This document shows positions 51,232 to 60,241 of a stretch of 64,000 bases of DNA, piece after piece (position 1 is the stretch's first letter; each line of letters starts with the position of its first letter). The stretch lies in NCBI GenBank assembly GCA_023898465.1, contig CP060223.1, positions 800,001-864,000 on the forward strand. Direction: 5' to 3'. The DNA is from Candidatus Nomurabacteria bacterium (GTDB taxonomy: Bacteria; Patescibacteriota; Patescibacteriia; HK-STAS-PATE-3). Under the pieces are notes generated by a model. The model ran no database searches and was not told the DNA's origin. It worked only from the letters and a program-made list of their open reading frames with translations. Both the position numbers and the translations under genes were made by a program.

Positions 51232-52331
51232 GCTCCTAATCTTCGCACAATTCCCTGGTTCGCGTCTACTTCTACGAGATCGCCGCTTTGTAGACTACTG
51301 GTAGCAAATTTTGTACCAATAACGCAAGGAACTTTCAACTCCCGGGCTACGATTGAAGCGTGACTAGTCACTCCACCTTCATCAGTAACAATCGCCCCAG
51401 CTCGCTTCATGGCTGGTATATAACGCGGATCAGTCATTGAGGTTACTAAAATTTCGCCCTGGCGTAGTTTTGTAGCATCGGCGATTTTTTGAATTAAACG
51501 CACTTTGCCTTTTACCTTGCCAGGGAAAGCCACGTTGCCCTTGAGTAGCCCCTTCGTTGCTTTCGGTAATGACAAACCAAAGCGTTTCAATGCGCTAGCT
51601 GAATTTGAGTACGCATATACGTTTTTGCCTTGCTTCAACACAAAACGTTTTCTTCGATTACGTAGCCTTTTTATCGACGGGAGTTTTCCAGAATTTAAGT
51701 ACTCAGTAAATTCACTAAGTAGCAAATACTCCAAAACCTCTATTGCGAGCTTTTCAGACTTTTCAATTTGACGCAGTAATCTTTTCTGCAAATCAATACC
51801 TACCCGGTAAAAGTCAGCTCCTTGTGCACGGCCTTGTAAGAAGAGTTTCAGGACTGCGGGAGTAACTTGATCTGAAACAAACTCTGGCACTTCGATACAA
51901 GCAACTAAGAACGGTAGAGCATCGTGAAAATATTCATGCAATTGAAGTATCGCCGCTTTCGGATCAGCGTGCTCCTGTTGTACAAATATATTATACGAGC
52001 GAAGTAAGGCATCGTGCTGCTTTTTTTGCTGCTTCAGTTTTGCCAGCGTACCATGTGTTTTTACCCAACCTTGCGCTGCGCCTTGTAAATCTTCATCCGC
52101 CATAAAGTGCCATAAAACACCATTCTCAACATACACATGGATTGGGCGAATCTGATGCGAAAAAAAATCTCGTGAAGCTTTATTAAGAAATGCTTCAATA
52201 ACTACTGAGGTTGCTAATACAGTATAATCTCTTTGATGTGGGGTATAGTGAAGCTTCATAGCTTTTACTCTAGCACATAATTCAGCACTCTTATCAAGAA
52301 AGAGGCGGCAGTTCATATTGACTGCCGCCAT
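51228..52331 (-). CDS. PEP-utilising-enzyme mobile domain protein, paralogue 2 (shorter N-terminal region)
   Basis: 367 aa. C-terminus GGVTSHASIVARELKVPCVIGTKFATSSLQSGDLVEVDANQGIV. Confidence 0.6.
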   Translation of the reverse strand: MAAVNMNCRLFLDKSAELCARVKAMKLHYTPHQRDYTVLATSVVIEAFLNKASRDFFSHQIRPIHVYVENGVLWHFMADEDLQGAAQGWVKTHGTLAKLKQQKKQHDALLRSYNIFVQQEHADPKAAILQLHEYFHDALPFLVACIEVPEFVSDQVTPAVLKLFLQGRAQGADFYRVGIDLQKRLLRQIEKSEKLAIEVLEYLLLSEFTEYLNSGKLPSIKRLRNRRKRFVLKQGKNVYAYSNSASALKRFGLSLPKATKGLLKGNVAFPGKVKGKVRLIQKIADATKLRQGEILVTSMTDPRYIPAMKRAGAIVTDEGGVTSHASIVARELKVPCVIGTKFATSSLQSGDLVEVDANQGIVRRLGA

Positions 52332-52661
52332 GTAGACGCGAGCCCCACAGAGCTCTTTCCCTAGGTCTGTCTACCTGACCGAGTTCGCCCAAAGACGATC
52401 TCCTGCTGTTTACCTCTTTCGAGGTGGCTTGGACTTGCTCCGCATGAGGGGACAGCAGTTATTCCTCGCAACGGGGTCCCACACCCGAGACTTCCGGTTG
52501 GCCGTATCCGTTGCAGCTTCTTGAAGAACAATGCGGAGTCACCGCGAAGTCTCGATTAGGACAATGCCACCCGCTTCTTCATGAGAGAAACCTCCCTTCC
52601 ATCAAAAAGCCATGGCATTAAAAATAATACCACGCTGTACTTATACTGGCGAGCAATTTTT
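52332..52661. ncRNA. 330-nt ORF-free, GC-rich, highly structured spacer (candidate structured RNA of unknown class)
   Basis: Several nested helices: ctgctgt…acagcag, gcaacgg…ccgttgc, cgagacttc…gaagtctcg (pseudoknot-compatible). No ORF on either strand. Confidence 0.25.
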
Positions 52662-54227
52662 TTACAACTTTCTGACTAAACCCTTGGTAGCATCCACTTC
52701 CACCTTGTCACCATCCTTCAAAATCTTATTCGCTACCTTCGTCCCTACTACGCAGGGCACACCAAGCTCGCGCGAGACAATAGCCGCATGTGAAGTCAAA
52801 CCTCCGGCGTTGGTCACGATTGCAGCGGCTAGCTTCATTGCTGGTACCAGACTGGGATAGGTTGTCTCAGAAACCAAAATATCACCTTTTTTCATTTTTG
52901 GAATATCCGCCGGCACCTCAATAATTTTTACCGTACCAGAAGCAGCTCCCGGAGAAGCGCATGAACCCGTTAGCTCACTTGCCTCGGTGGTAATCAAGGT
53001 ATCCTCTTTAGGAATTTCTTTCATGAACTTCTTTGCCTTCTGACCAGTCAAAACGATATATTGCTTCTTATCGCAATACGCCACTGTCTCCCGAGTTCGC
53101 GCCAGCAGCTCTTTCATAGTCGGGATCGACTTCCCTTGGAGCAAATCCTCAATCTCCCATGAGTTCAGGGCTCGCACAGTTTCCAAAGTCAGCTTATGTC
53201 GCTGAGCAATTTCACGGAAGAATGGTTCATAGCAGTACATACCATGATAGAGTGCGCCTTTTCGAAATTCCTTTATGTACACTATTTCTTGTCCCATGCG
53301 GATGAGCTGCCATATATTGCCTTGGAGGTGTAGAGATTTTTTTAATCGAGCCTGTTTTTGCTTCAGGAGCCTTTCCTTCACCTTCATATCAGCCAAAATC
53401 TGTTTGGGTGACTCACCGCTCTTTAGTAATTCCCTCCAACGAGTGAGGAAGTAGCGAAAGGAATAAGCTGGCCCCTTATACGCGTAGGGAATCCATCGCC
53501 ATTTCTCATAGTGCGCTCGCAGTAAAGCAGCTACTTTTTGATCCACTTCTGCTAATCCCTTTTCGGCCTTTGCGATGGGCGAACGAAGTAGGTGATTTCG
53601 CACCTTAGCAGAGCGCCGAAGCTGATCAGTAATCTGCAAAAACTCTCTTTCCTCCTGCGCAGCAAAACTCAAGCGGGGTGGGCTAGTAAGTAAACTAAAT
53701 ATTTCCGGCAAGGTTGCTGAGTCACCATAACAATCAATTTGTTTCTTGAGCGCTGCTTCTATACCTGTTGACACGCGGGCCTGATCAGCATCAGCCAACC
53801 AAGTGACCGCCGCACCGACCCCGTGGGAAAGTACATGCCAGCGTAAGACCTTACGAAACTCTCGAAGTAACTGTACATCAGTCATCTCACGGATTGGCAG
53901 TGCATATAAATTCCGAGAAGCCTGCATGAAGTTGATTGACCAATCCTCAACCTGCTTCAAGGTCTTTAATCCCCATTGTGGCTTTTGCAACATCTTCTGC
54001 GATAAGCCATCGGCCTGGGTATCAAATTCAGATCGCCGAAACCACATCTGAGAAAAGTCACCTTTGTAGTAGGTAAAGTACTCACTCAGGTGTCCGCCGA
54101 GTCCCATTCGCTTCCATTCCAAAAGAAAAAAGCGAATCGGCGTCCCCATCATAAAAATAGTATTTTCAGTTATTTCAGCTGGGACAAACCACTTGTCACT
54201 TTGCTTTTTTATGGCCTTTTTACCCAT
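52662..54227 (-). CDS. PEP-utilising-enzyme mobile domain protein, paralogue 3
   Basis: 521 aa. C-terminus GGLTSHAAIVSRELGVPCVVGTKVANKILKDGDKVEVDATKGLV. N-terminal region collinear with paralogue 1. Confidence 0.6.
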   Translation of the reverse strand: MGKKAIKKQSDKWFVPAEITENTIFMMGTPIRFFLLEWKRMGLGGHLSEYFTYYKGDFSQMWFRRSEFDTQADGLSQKMLQKPQWGLKTLKQVEDWSINFMQASRNLYALPIREMTDVQLLREFRKVLRWHVLSHGVGAAVTWLADADQARVSTGIEAALKKQIDCYGDSATLPEIFSLLTSPPRLSFAAQEEREFLQITDQLRRSAKVRNHLLRSPIAKAEKGLAEVDQKVAALLRAHYEKWRWIPYAYKGPAYSFRYFLTRWRELLKSGESPKQILADMKVKERLLKQKQARLKKSLHLQGNIWQLIRMGQEIVYIKEFRKGALYHGMYCYEPFFREIAQRHKLTLETVRALNSWEIEDLLQGKSIPTMKELLARTRETVAYCDKKQYIVLTGQKAKKFMKEIPKEDTLITTEASELTGSCASPGAASGTVKIIEVPADIPKMKKGDILVSETTYPSLVPAMKLAAAIVTNAGGLTSHAAIVSRELGVPCVVGTKVANKILKDGDKVEVDATKGLVRKL

Positions 54228-54640
54228 ATATATGCATTATACCATTGACAAAAAGCTCTACCTATGCTATCCTCTCGCGTAGTTTGCAGAGCAGTTGTTC
54301 TTTCGCAAACTCAAAAGAGTCGAACGCTTGGGCCCGTCAGGGTTAAGCGTGAGACTCAGAGGGACATCCTTTCGAAAGCCGAAGTGGACTGGTGAATACC
54401 AGAACACGTAGGCAGGAGAAAGAGATGGCCCGAGAAGATGAGGCGTTTGACTCGTTTACCGAATTGAGGACGCTTTCCGCCCACGGGCGGATAAGTGAAC
54501 GAGAAGCCAAGTAGCGTAACCGGCATCAGTAGTGTTTTTGTAGAATTACCGGACAACGTACTTGCGACCCAAAAGGAATATGGGTCACCAAACGCCTCCC
54601 AACAGATGGGAGTTCTTTTCATCTAAGGGAGGAAAAAGAG

Positions 54641-55321
54641 ATGGCGAATATCGTCGTCTTTGATCCGATCCGTGAACATTTCAGTGACTACATGATTGGG
54701 CTAGCCAGTCATCAGGTTATCGTGAGAAATACGGTCGAGGACGTCAATGGGACGCTCCGATCCTTCTCACCCGACCTGATCCTGGTAGCTGAATCAGAGC
54801 AGTCAGCTGCCGTGATCGCGGCCGTGCAACGGAGTGATCGACGCATACAAGCGCCAACACTCCTTATCCCTGCATCACTCGAAGGACCTGATGACCAGCG
54901 ATGGCAACAGAGCCGTCAGCTCGGCGTCGCGGGATGGATCCCTCGACCTCAGCAACGAGGCTTCAAGTCACTCCTGGCTGAAGACTGGCGACGTAATATC
55001 GTCAGTCTCATGCTCTGGCTATGCAATCAGTTGCACCGAGAGCAACCACTGAGTGTGTGGTTCCGAGAACATCAAAGCGTCGTGGCTATGGTGGGCCAAG
55101 AAACCTATCATCGCCTCATCACCGGCTCATCCATCCAGTATGCACCCGAAGAATATCGTCGACTCCAGAGGACACTGGCAATCTGGGGAGTACGCTATCC
55201 GCTGGATCGCTATCTCCAGGCTGTCGCTCTTGCAGGACGCAAGGCAGAGGCACAGAGACTCTCAGATCGCGTGCTTACAAACATGGCGAGGCGCATGCTT
55301 TCGTCTGAAGCACAAGGCTGA
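54641..55321 (+). CDS. pseudo-receiver (REC-like) domain protein, paralogue A (GC-rich island)
   Basis: SD AAGGGAGG. IVVFDP…PDLILVAESEQ…TLLIPAS…GWIPRP follows CheY topology, but the phospho-acceptor position is Ala and the conserved Lys is Arg. Confidence 0.4.
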   Translation: MANIVVFDPIREHFSDYMIGLASHQVIVRNTVEDVNGTLRSFSPDLILVAESEQSAAVIAAVQRSDRRIQAPTLLIPASLEGPDDQRWQQSRQLGVAGWIPRPQQRGFKSLLAEDWRRNIVSLMLWLCNQLHREQPLSVWFREHQSVVAMVGQETYHRLITGSSIQYAPEEYRRLQRTLAIWGVRYPLDRYLQAVALAGRKAEAQRLSDRVLTNMARRMLSSEAQG

Positions 55322-55352
55322 CTTCTACCATTCCTGCAAGGGAGGTTCTGAA

Positions 55353-56072
55353 ATGTCGCACATCGTGATCCTCGACCAAGACCCGATCCGACAGCTGTGG
55401 TATCAATCCGCGCTGCCGGGTCACGTCATCTCCTTCGTGGAGACCGCCCTCGGAGCGATTCGATTGGTGCAGCAGGTTCCCACCGCTGCCATCATTGCCG
55501 AGTACTTCGATGGGTCTGGCACTCGGCTCCTGGAGGAGCTCGATCGCCTGGTCCGGAACTGTCGCTTCGCCGCCCCGCCAGTCTACCTGACCGGCACCAT
55601 CACTATGCTGGACAACACGATGGAGAAGGCCGTGCAGCTCGCGCAGAATCGTGGAGCTCAGGACTTCATCCCGCATCCGATCAGTCGTGAGCGCTTCCGG
55701 GAACGGCTGGCCGACGTGCTCGAACAAGACAGAGGAGGTCGTGTCGTCGGACACATCACCTTTTGTGAGGCACCGCCGGTCACGACCTCGGAACTCGTCG
55801 ACCTGACCTATGAAATCCCGGAGGCGCGCGACCTGATCAACGCAACGATCGGGATGCGCACCTTCTCCAGCATGCTGAATCGAGCTCTGGCTGTGGAAGG
55901 ACACGGACCCGCCCAGATCGTCTGTGCGGAAATCGGTGTCTGGGCTACGGAAGGAATTCCCACGCTCACCGCTGCTGAGTTCTCGGCTGAGCTCGGCGAT
56001 AAGGAGAGAACGGCCTGTCAGGATATTCTCTTCGAGATCGCCCACTCCCTGCTCTTTGACCGCGCTGCCTAG
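55353..56072 (+). CDS. pseudo-receiver (REC-like) domain protein, paralogue B
   Basis: SD AAGGGAGG. IVILDQDP…PTAAIIAEYFDGSGTRLLEEL…VYLTGT…GAQDFIPHPISRERFRERLADVL follows REC topology. Acceptor position is Ala. Terminator 56083-56118. Confidence 0.4.
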   Translation: MSHIVILDQDPIRQLWYQSALPGHVISFVETALGAIRLVQQVPTAAIIAEYFDGSGTRLLEELDRLVRNCRFAAPPVYLTGTITMLDNTMEKAVQLAQNRGAQDFIPHPISRERFRERLADVLEQDRGGRVVGHITFCEAPPVTTSELVDLTYEIPEARDLINATIGMRTFSSMLNRALAVEGHGPAQIVCAEIGVWATEGIPTLTAAEFSAELGDKERTACQDILFEIAHSLLFDRAA

Positions 56073-56183
56073 CGCAACCCGAGGCGTCTACTTTCCCCAA
56101 GTAGGCGCCTTTCTTCTTGACTTTTTTATCTAAGTGGATAAACATGCCCACGGACACTGTTCGACAAACCATAGGAGGCGCAC

Positions 56184-56432
56184 ATGCCGGAAATCGCACT
56201 GGAACAGAAGTTCATCGACATCGTAGCTGAGCAACTTGGCGTCGACAAGAGACGGGTCACCCCTAACCAGAGCGCCAAGGGCGACCTCGGTGCGGACTCG
56301 CTCGATCTCGTCGAGCTCATCATGGCCCTGGAAGAGGGTTACGAAATCAAGATCGACGACGGAGAGCCGGACAACCTGGAAAACCTGGGTGAACTCCAGG
56401 CGCTCATTCTGTCCAAGGTCGCCGCCAAGTAG
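56184..56432 (+). CDS. acyl carrier protein (phosphopantetheine attachment site DSL)
   Basis: 82 aa. DLGADSLDLVELIMALEE motif. Own SD AGGAGG. Terminator 56464-56498. Confidence 0.8.
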   Translation: MPEIALEQKFIDIVAEQLGVDKRRVTPNQSAKGDLGADSLDLVELIMALEEGYEIKIDDGEPDNLENLGELQALILSKVAAK

Positions 56433-56542
56433 TCCAAGACAACCCGTTCCTTCCCTAGCAACCAAAAAGCAGTTCCTGCACGGAGCTGCTTTTTCTCTTG
56501 ACGATAATGTAAAAATTAGTTAGAGTCCTAACGTTTTACCGG

Positions 56543-56619
56543 GCCGCCATCGTCTAGTCTGGTCAGGACGCCAGGTTTTCATCCTGGTAACAGGGGTTCG
56601 AATCCCCTTGGCGGTACCA
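56543..56619 (+). tRNA. tRNA-Glu (anticodon UUC), CCA encoded
   Basis: Acceptor gccgcca/tggcggt. Anticodon stem ccagg/cctgg with loop ttTTCat. T-arm agggg-ttcgaat-cccct. 3' ACCA. Confidence 0.85.
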
Positions 56620-56695
56620 ACGATTCCTAAACATGCAGCTTCTGAAGAAGCTGTTGTTTCGCAATTAATACCCTGGGTATGTACTAGCTTATATA

Positions 56696-57496
56696 CTACC
56701 TCTTCAAGAGCAATAAGCGTACAACGAAAAAACTTAATGCGCCCACGAGAACAATGGTAGCCCCAGAAGGTAAATCCAGAACATAAGATAATATAAGGCC
56801 AACCACAACAATCAAAACACTCGCAACAATCGAAATCCATTGAAATGCAATAAAGGACTTAGCGAAACTTTTACTTATCGCACTCGGAATAACTAAAAGC
56901 GCGCTTACTAATACAATACCAACTACTTTAATACTCAATACAACAGTCAGGGCGGTTAATATATAAAGCAGAAGCTCAAAAAAATTACGATTCACTCCGG
57001 CTAATTGCGCCCCTTCAGCGTCCACCGTAATAAAGGTTAGCTGTTTCCGATATACAAAAAGTAAAGCACCAATGCAAGCACCTAAGATTAAAACAATACT
57101 AAGATCAATAGTACGAATAGCGAGAATATTGCCAAATAAAAAGCTGATTAGCTCCGGAACATAGCCTTGATGAAATTGAAGCAATATTATTCCTAGAGCC
57201 ATGCCGACCACGAAAAGAATACCAATGGCCGTATCCCGAGAAATATTTGTCTTCTTCTCCATTAAGAACAAAATCACCGCCAAAACAATACTAAATACCA
57301 GCGCAACAGGGAGAGGCGCCCAACCAAGTAAGACGGCTACGGCAATAGCTGCTAAAGATGCGTGCGCAATTCCATCACCAATAAAACTTAAATGACGACT
57401 AATCACATACACGCCCATCCATCCCAATAGCGCAGCTGAGGTAACCCCAACCACAAGGGCGCGTTGCATAAATGGAAAAGTGAATATTTCAAACAT
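56696..57496 (-). CDS. znuB: metal (Zn/Mn) ABC transporter permease (ABC-3 family)
   Basis: 266 aa. 8 TM. Typical ABC-3 N-terminus. Sits in the zur-znuACB operon. Confidence 0.8.
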   Translation of the reverse strand: MFEIFTFPFMQRALVVGVTSAALLGWMGVYVISRHLSFIGDGIAHASLAAIAVAVLLGWAPLPVALVFSIVLAVILFLMEKKTNISRDTAIGILFVVGMALGIILLQFHQGYVPELISFLFGNILAIRTIDLSIVLILGACIGALLFVYRKQLTFITVDAEGAQLAGVNRNFFELLLYILTALTVVLSIKVVGIVLVSALLVIPSAISKSFAKSFIAFQWISIVASVLIVVVGLILSYVLDLPSGATIVLVGALSFFVVRLLLLKR

Positions 57497-57498
57497 AT

Positions 57499-58254
57499 CT
57501 AGTTGGCGAACTTTGCGGCTTCATGAATAACGTGTTGACCATATAAACGTTGCAATACATCTGAAGAAAGAGCCTCACGAGGAGGTGCAAAACAAATCAT
57601 TTTCCGATCGAGGCATAAAACTTTACTAGAGAAACGTAACACAAAATCGAGTTCGTGCGAGATAACAATAATTGTCGCCTTTCTTTCTTGATTAATCTTT
57701 TTCAGCATTAGAAAAAGAGCTTCTTGGCCTTGTACATCAATACTACTCGAAGGCTCATCAAGAATAAGAATATCTCGTTCATGAAGCAAAGCTCGAGCAA
57801 TCAGAACTCGTTGCAGTTGACCGCCAGATAACTGGCCAAGAATTTTCTTCCGCTGCTCGTGCATACCTACCTCTTGCAAGATATCGTGTATCCGGACTGA
57901 TTCTTGATGAGGTGGAACGTCGCACGGAACTAAGGCGAGAAATTCTTCCACAGTTATTGGTAAGCTCCGGTCAAGCGCAAAATATTGTGGCACAAAACCA
58001 ATTCGTTTTACTGCCTGCTTTGGCGTCTTTCCTTCAATCCGAATCTTTCCTTGGGTCGCCTCATCAAGTCCAATAAGGATCCGAGCCAGAGTTGATTTCC
58101 CCGACCCGTTCGGCCCAATAATCGCGAGCATCTCACCTTTTTCAACCTCAAAGCTAACTTGATCTAAGGCGACAAAATCACCAAACTTCTTTTGTAGCGA
58201 TTCAACTTGTAAGAGAGGATGCCCAGTCATACCGATCAGAAGTATAGCACGCAA
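57499..58254 (-). CDS. znuC: metal ABC transporter ATP-binding protein
   Basis: Walker [10 protein letters not shown]. Signature LSGGQLQRV. Walker B ILILDEPSSSID. Confidence 0.85.
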   Translation of the reverse strand: MRAILLIGMTGHPLLQVESLQKKFGDFVALDQVSFEVEKGEMLAIIGPNGSGKSTLARILIGLDEATQGKIRIEGKTPKQAVKRIGFVPQYFALDRSLPITVEEFLALVPCDVPPHQESVRIHDILQEVGMHEQRKKILGQLSGGQLQRVLIARALLHERDILILDEPSSSIDVQGQEALFLMLKKINQERKATIIVISHELDFVLRFSSKVLCLDRKMICFAPPREALSSDVLQRLYGQHVIHEAAKFAN

Positions 58255-59214
58255 CTACTCGGACTGCAGCGTCTCAAGAATGCTTTGGATATTAAAGGTA
58301 ATCAGATCGCTATAGCTTTGGCGCCCGGCAACACCGCCCAGTGGATCAAGTACTCCGACGTGAATCCCGGTATCATCAGCAAAAGATCGAATCCCTTCGG
58401 TATTCAATTGCGGTTCTAGAAAAACTGCGCCAACGCCCTCTTCCTCAATCTCGGACTGGAGGTCAGCCAAATACTGTGGGGTTGGCTCCTGACCAGGAAA
58501 AGGCTCAATACTCCCAGCGACTTGCAAACCAAAGTGATCTGCAAAATATCCAAAGGCGTCGTGCAGGGTGATAAAGGGAATATCCCGAACTACTGCTAAC
58601 TGCTCTTGCCATAAGACATCTTGAGATACGAGAGATGATTGAAACAAGGCGGCCCGTGCTTGATAGTCTTCACTGTGTTCTGGATCGATTTCAGATAAAT
58701 GCATAGCTACTGTTTGCGCAATCTGTGCAGCATTATTCGGATCAAGCCAATAGTGTGGATCAAACGCGCCGTGGTCGTGATCATGACCCTCTTCTTCATG
58801 CTCGTGCTCTTCATGGGCCTCATCTTCATGCTCGTGCTCTTCTGTTTCTTGTAATGTAATGCTTTCAGTTACTTCGACAACAGCAGCCTGTCCAGCAGCA
58901 TCAGCAATGTCTTCAACCCATTCATCCAAACCCGCTCCAATAGCAAACACTATTTCTGTTTTTGCTAAACGTTCCATAACTGAAGGACTGGGCTCATAGG
59001 TATGGACGCTGGCGCCTGGTGAAACAATGCTAAACACGACAATGTCATCTCCCGCTACGCTCTGAACAATATCGTAAAGCGGGTAGATAGTTGCGCCAAC
59101 TTGGAGACCGGTTTCTTCACTATCTGAATTTGTATTTGTATACCATGCTGCGGCCCCGATGCCGAGAATCGCAACACTAACAATCGTGATAAGAACTTTC
59201 ATACGTTTCCTCAT
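58255..59214 (-). CDS. znuA: metal ABC transporter substrate-binding protein with His/Glu-rich loop (ZnuA-like)
   Basis: Cluster-9 SBP fold pattern. Loop EEHEHEDEAHEEHEHEEEGHDHDHG. Confidence 0.85.
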   Translation of the reverse strand: MRKRMKVLITIVSVAILGIGAAAWYTNTNSDSEETGLQVGATIYPLYDIVQSVAGDDIVVFSIVSPGASVHTYEPSPSVMERLAKTEIVFAIGAGLDEWVEDIADAAGQAAVVEVTESITLQETEEHEHEDEAHEEHEHEEEGHDHDHGAFDPHYWLDPNNAAQIAQTVAMHLSEIDPEHSEDYQARAALFQSSLVSQDVLWQEQLAVVRDIPFITLHDAFGYFADHFGLQVAGSIEPFPGQEPTPQYLADLQSEIEEEGVGAVFLEPQLNTEGIRSFADDTGIHVGVLDPLGGVAGRQSYSDLITFNIQSILETLQSE

Positions 59215-59217
59215 TAA

Positions 59218-59631
59218 TTACTTACATTTTGCGCACAACCCAAAAAATTCTAAACTGTGTTGTTGAATATGAATACGATGTTTCTTTGCTAAGCGCTCTT
59301 CTTCTTTGTGCAGGTCTACTTTTGGCAGCACATCAATTACCTTACCGCACTGCGTGCAAATGAAATGATGATGATGTTCTTGCTTTAACTCATAGCGCTT
59401 TTGATCTTCGCCAAACTGCAACTCAAGCACCAAATCATTTTTCTTATACACCTCGAGCTCTCGATAAATGGTAGTTTTATTTACTGGCAAGTCCTTTTTT
59501 GCAAATACCTGAAGTAATTCAGGGACTGATAAAGGCTGCTTTGCCTGCTCTAAGACGGCATGGAGAGCATGACGCACCCGAGTACGCCGTAATCCCTGCT
59601 GGCTGAGTTTTTCACATATATCGCTACTCAT
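59218..59631 (-). CDS. zur: Fur-family metalloregulator (probable Zur)
   Basis: HTH region. HHHHFICTQCG and CAKCK metal sites. Heads the znu operon. Confidence 0.75.
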   Translation of the reverse strand: MSSDICEKLSQQGLRRTRVRHALHAVLEQAKQPLSVPELLQVFAKKDLPVNKTTIYRELEVYKKNDLVLELQFGEDQKRYELKQEHHHHFICTQCGKVIDVLPKVDLHKEEERLAKKHRIHIQQHSLEFFGLCAKCK

Positions 59632-59705
59632 ACGAACATAATAACGCAACTGAGTTGCATGTGTCAAGTCCTCTCTATTCTCGGGAAAATGAAAGGCGCT
59701 CTAGA

Positions 59706-60113
59706 CTAGCTAGAGCGACCTTTTTTGAGTAAGAGCTTGAGCAGCTCTCTACCGTCCTTGCCAGAAGCGATGATAGTGCACGAATGTCGATCCCGCGACA
59801 CCACATAATAGCAAGCACCAGGATCGCGATCATGGGGTGGCTCACCGTCCAGCACAGCCTCCTCACCACCAAAAGCGTTTTGGAATTGTCTCCCCATCTG
59901 GGTAGTCGTGTGCGGATAGAGCCCTTCATTCTCACGAGCAAATGTACCTGCCCACGTGGCGACCATCTGCGCAGTCTGTATTGTTGCAGCCTCCTTCTTC
60001 CTCACGTCATTTGGGATATACGCTATGGCGCAAATGATCGCAAAAACTCCAACAAGACCGAGTACCAGCAAGGCTTCGCTAAGCACACTTGATTTCGGTT
60101 TTTGTTCCGGCAT
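59706..60113 (-). CDS. pilin-like protein (N-terminal hydrophobic helix with Glu at +5-like position; C-terminal Cys pair)
   Basis: Start taken at MPEQKPK after SD GGGGGAGGG. Promoter TTGACA-17-TATTTT at about 60160-60190 (minus). SVLSEALLVLGLVGVFAIICAIAY. C-terminal GACYYVVSRDRHSC. Confidence 0.3.
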   Translation of the reverse strand: MPEQKPKSSVLSEALLVLGLVGVFAIICAIAYIPNDVRKKEAATIQTAQMVATWAGTFARENEGLYPHTTTQMGRQFQNAFGGEEAVLDGEPPHDRDPGACYYVVSRDRHSCTIIASGKDGRELLKLLLKKGRSS

Positions 60114-60241
60114 CCTGCCCTCCCCCGGCGCTACCTTCACAAGCGAATTCCAATGAACAACGATACTAAAAATATCGCGGGTACTATTCTGTGTCAATAC
60201 AAAACGACTTCATTTTTCAGAAGCCGCTTTGTATTTTTTTA

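Noticed and set aside
52332-52661. Tested the 330-nt spacer by eye against tmRNA, RNase P RNA and SRP/4.5S RNA
   Set aside because: The class-defining motifs are missing: GGGG…CCACCA with T-arm and tag ORF, GGAAAGUCCGGGC/ACAGAACCCGGCUUA, or the GGAA/AGCAGC domain IV. Only a loose CTGTTTACC resemblance to 4.5S. Kept as a structured RNA of unknown class.
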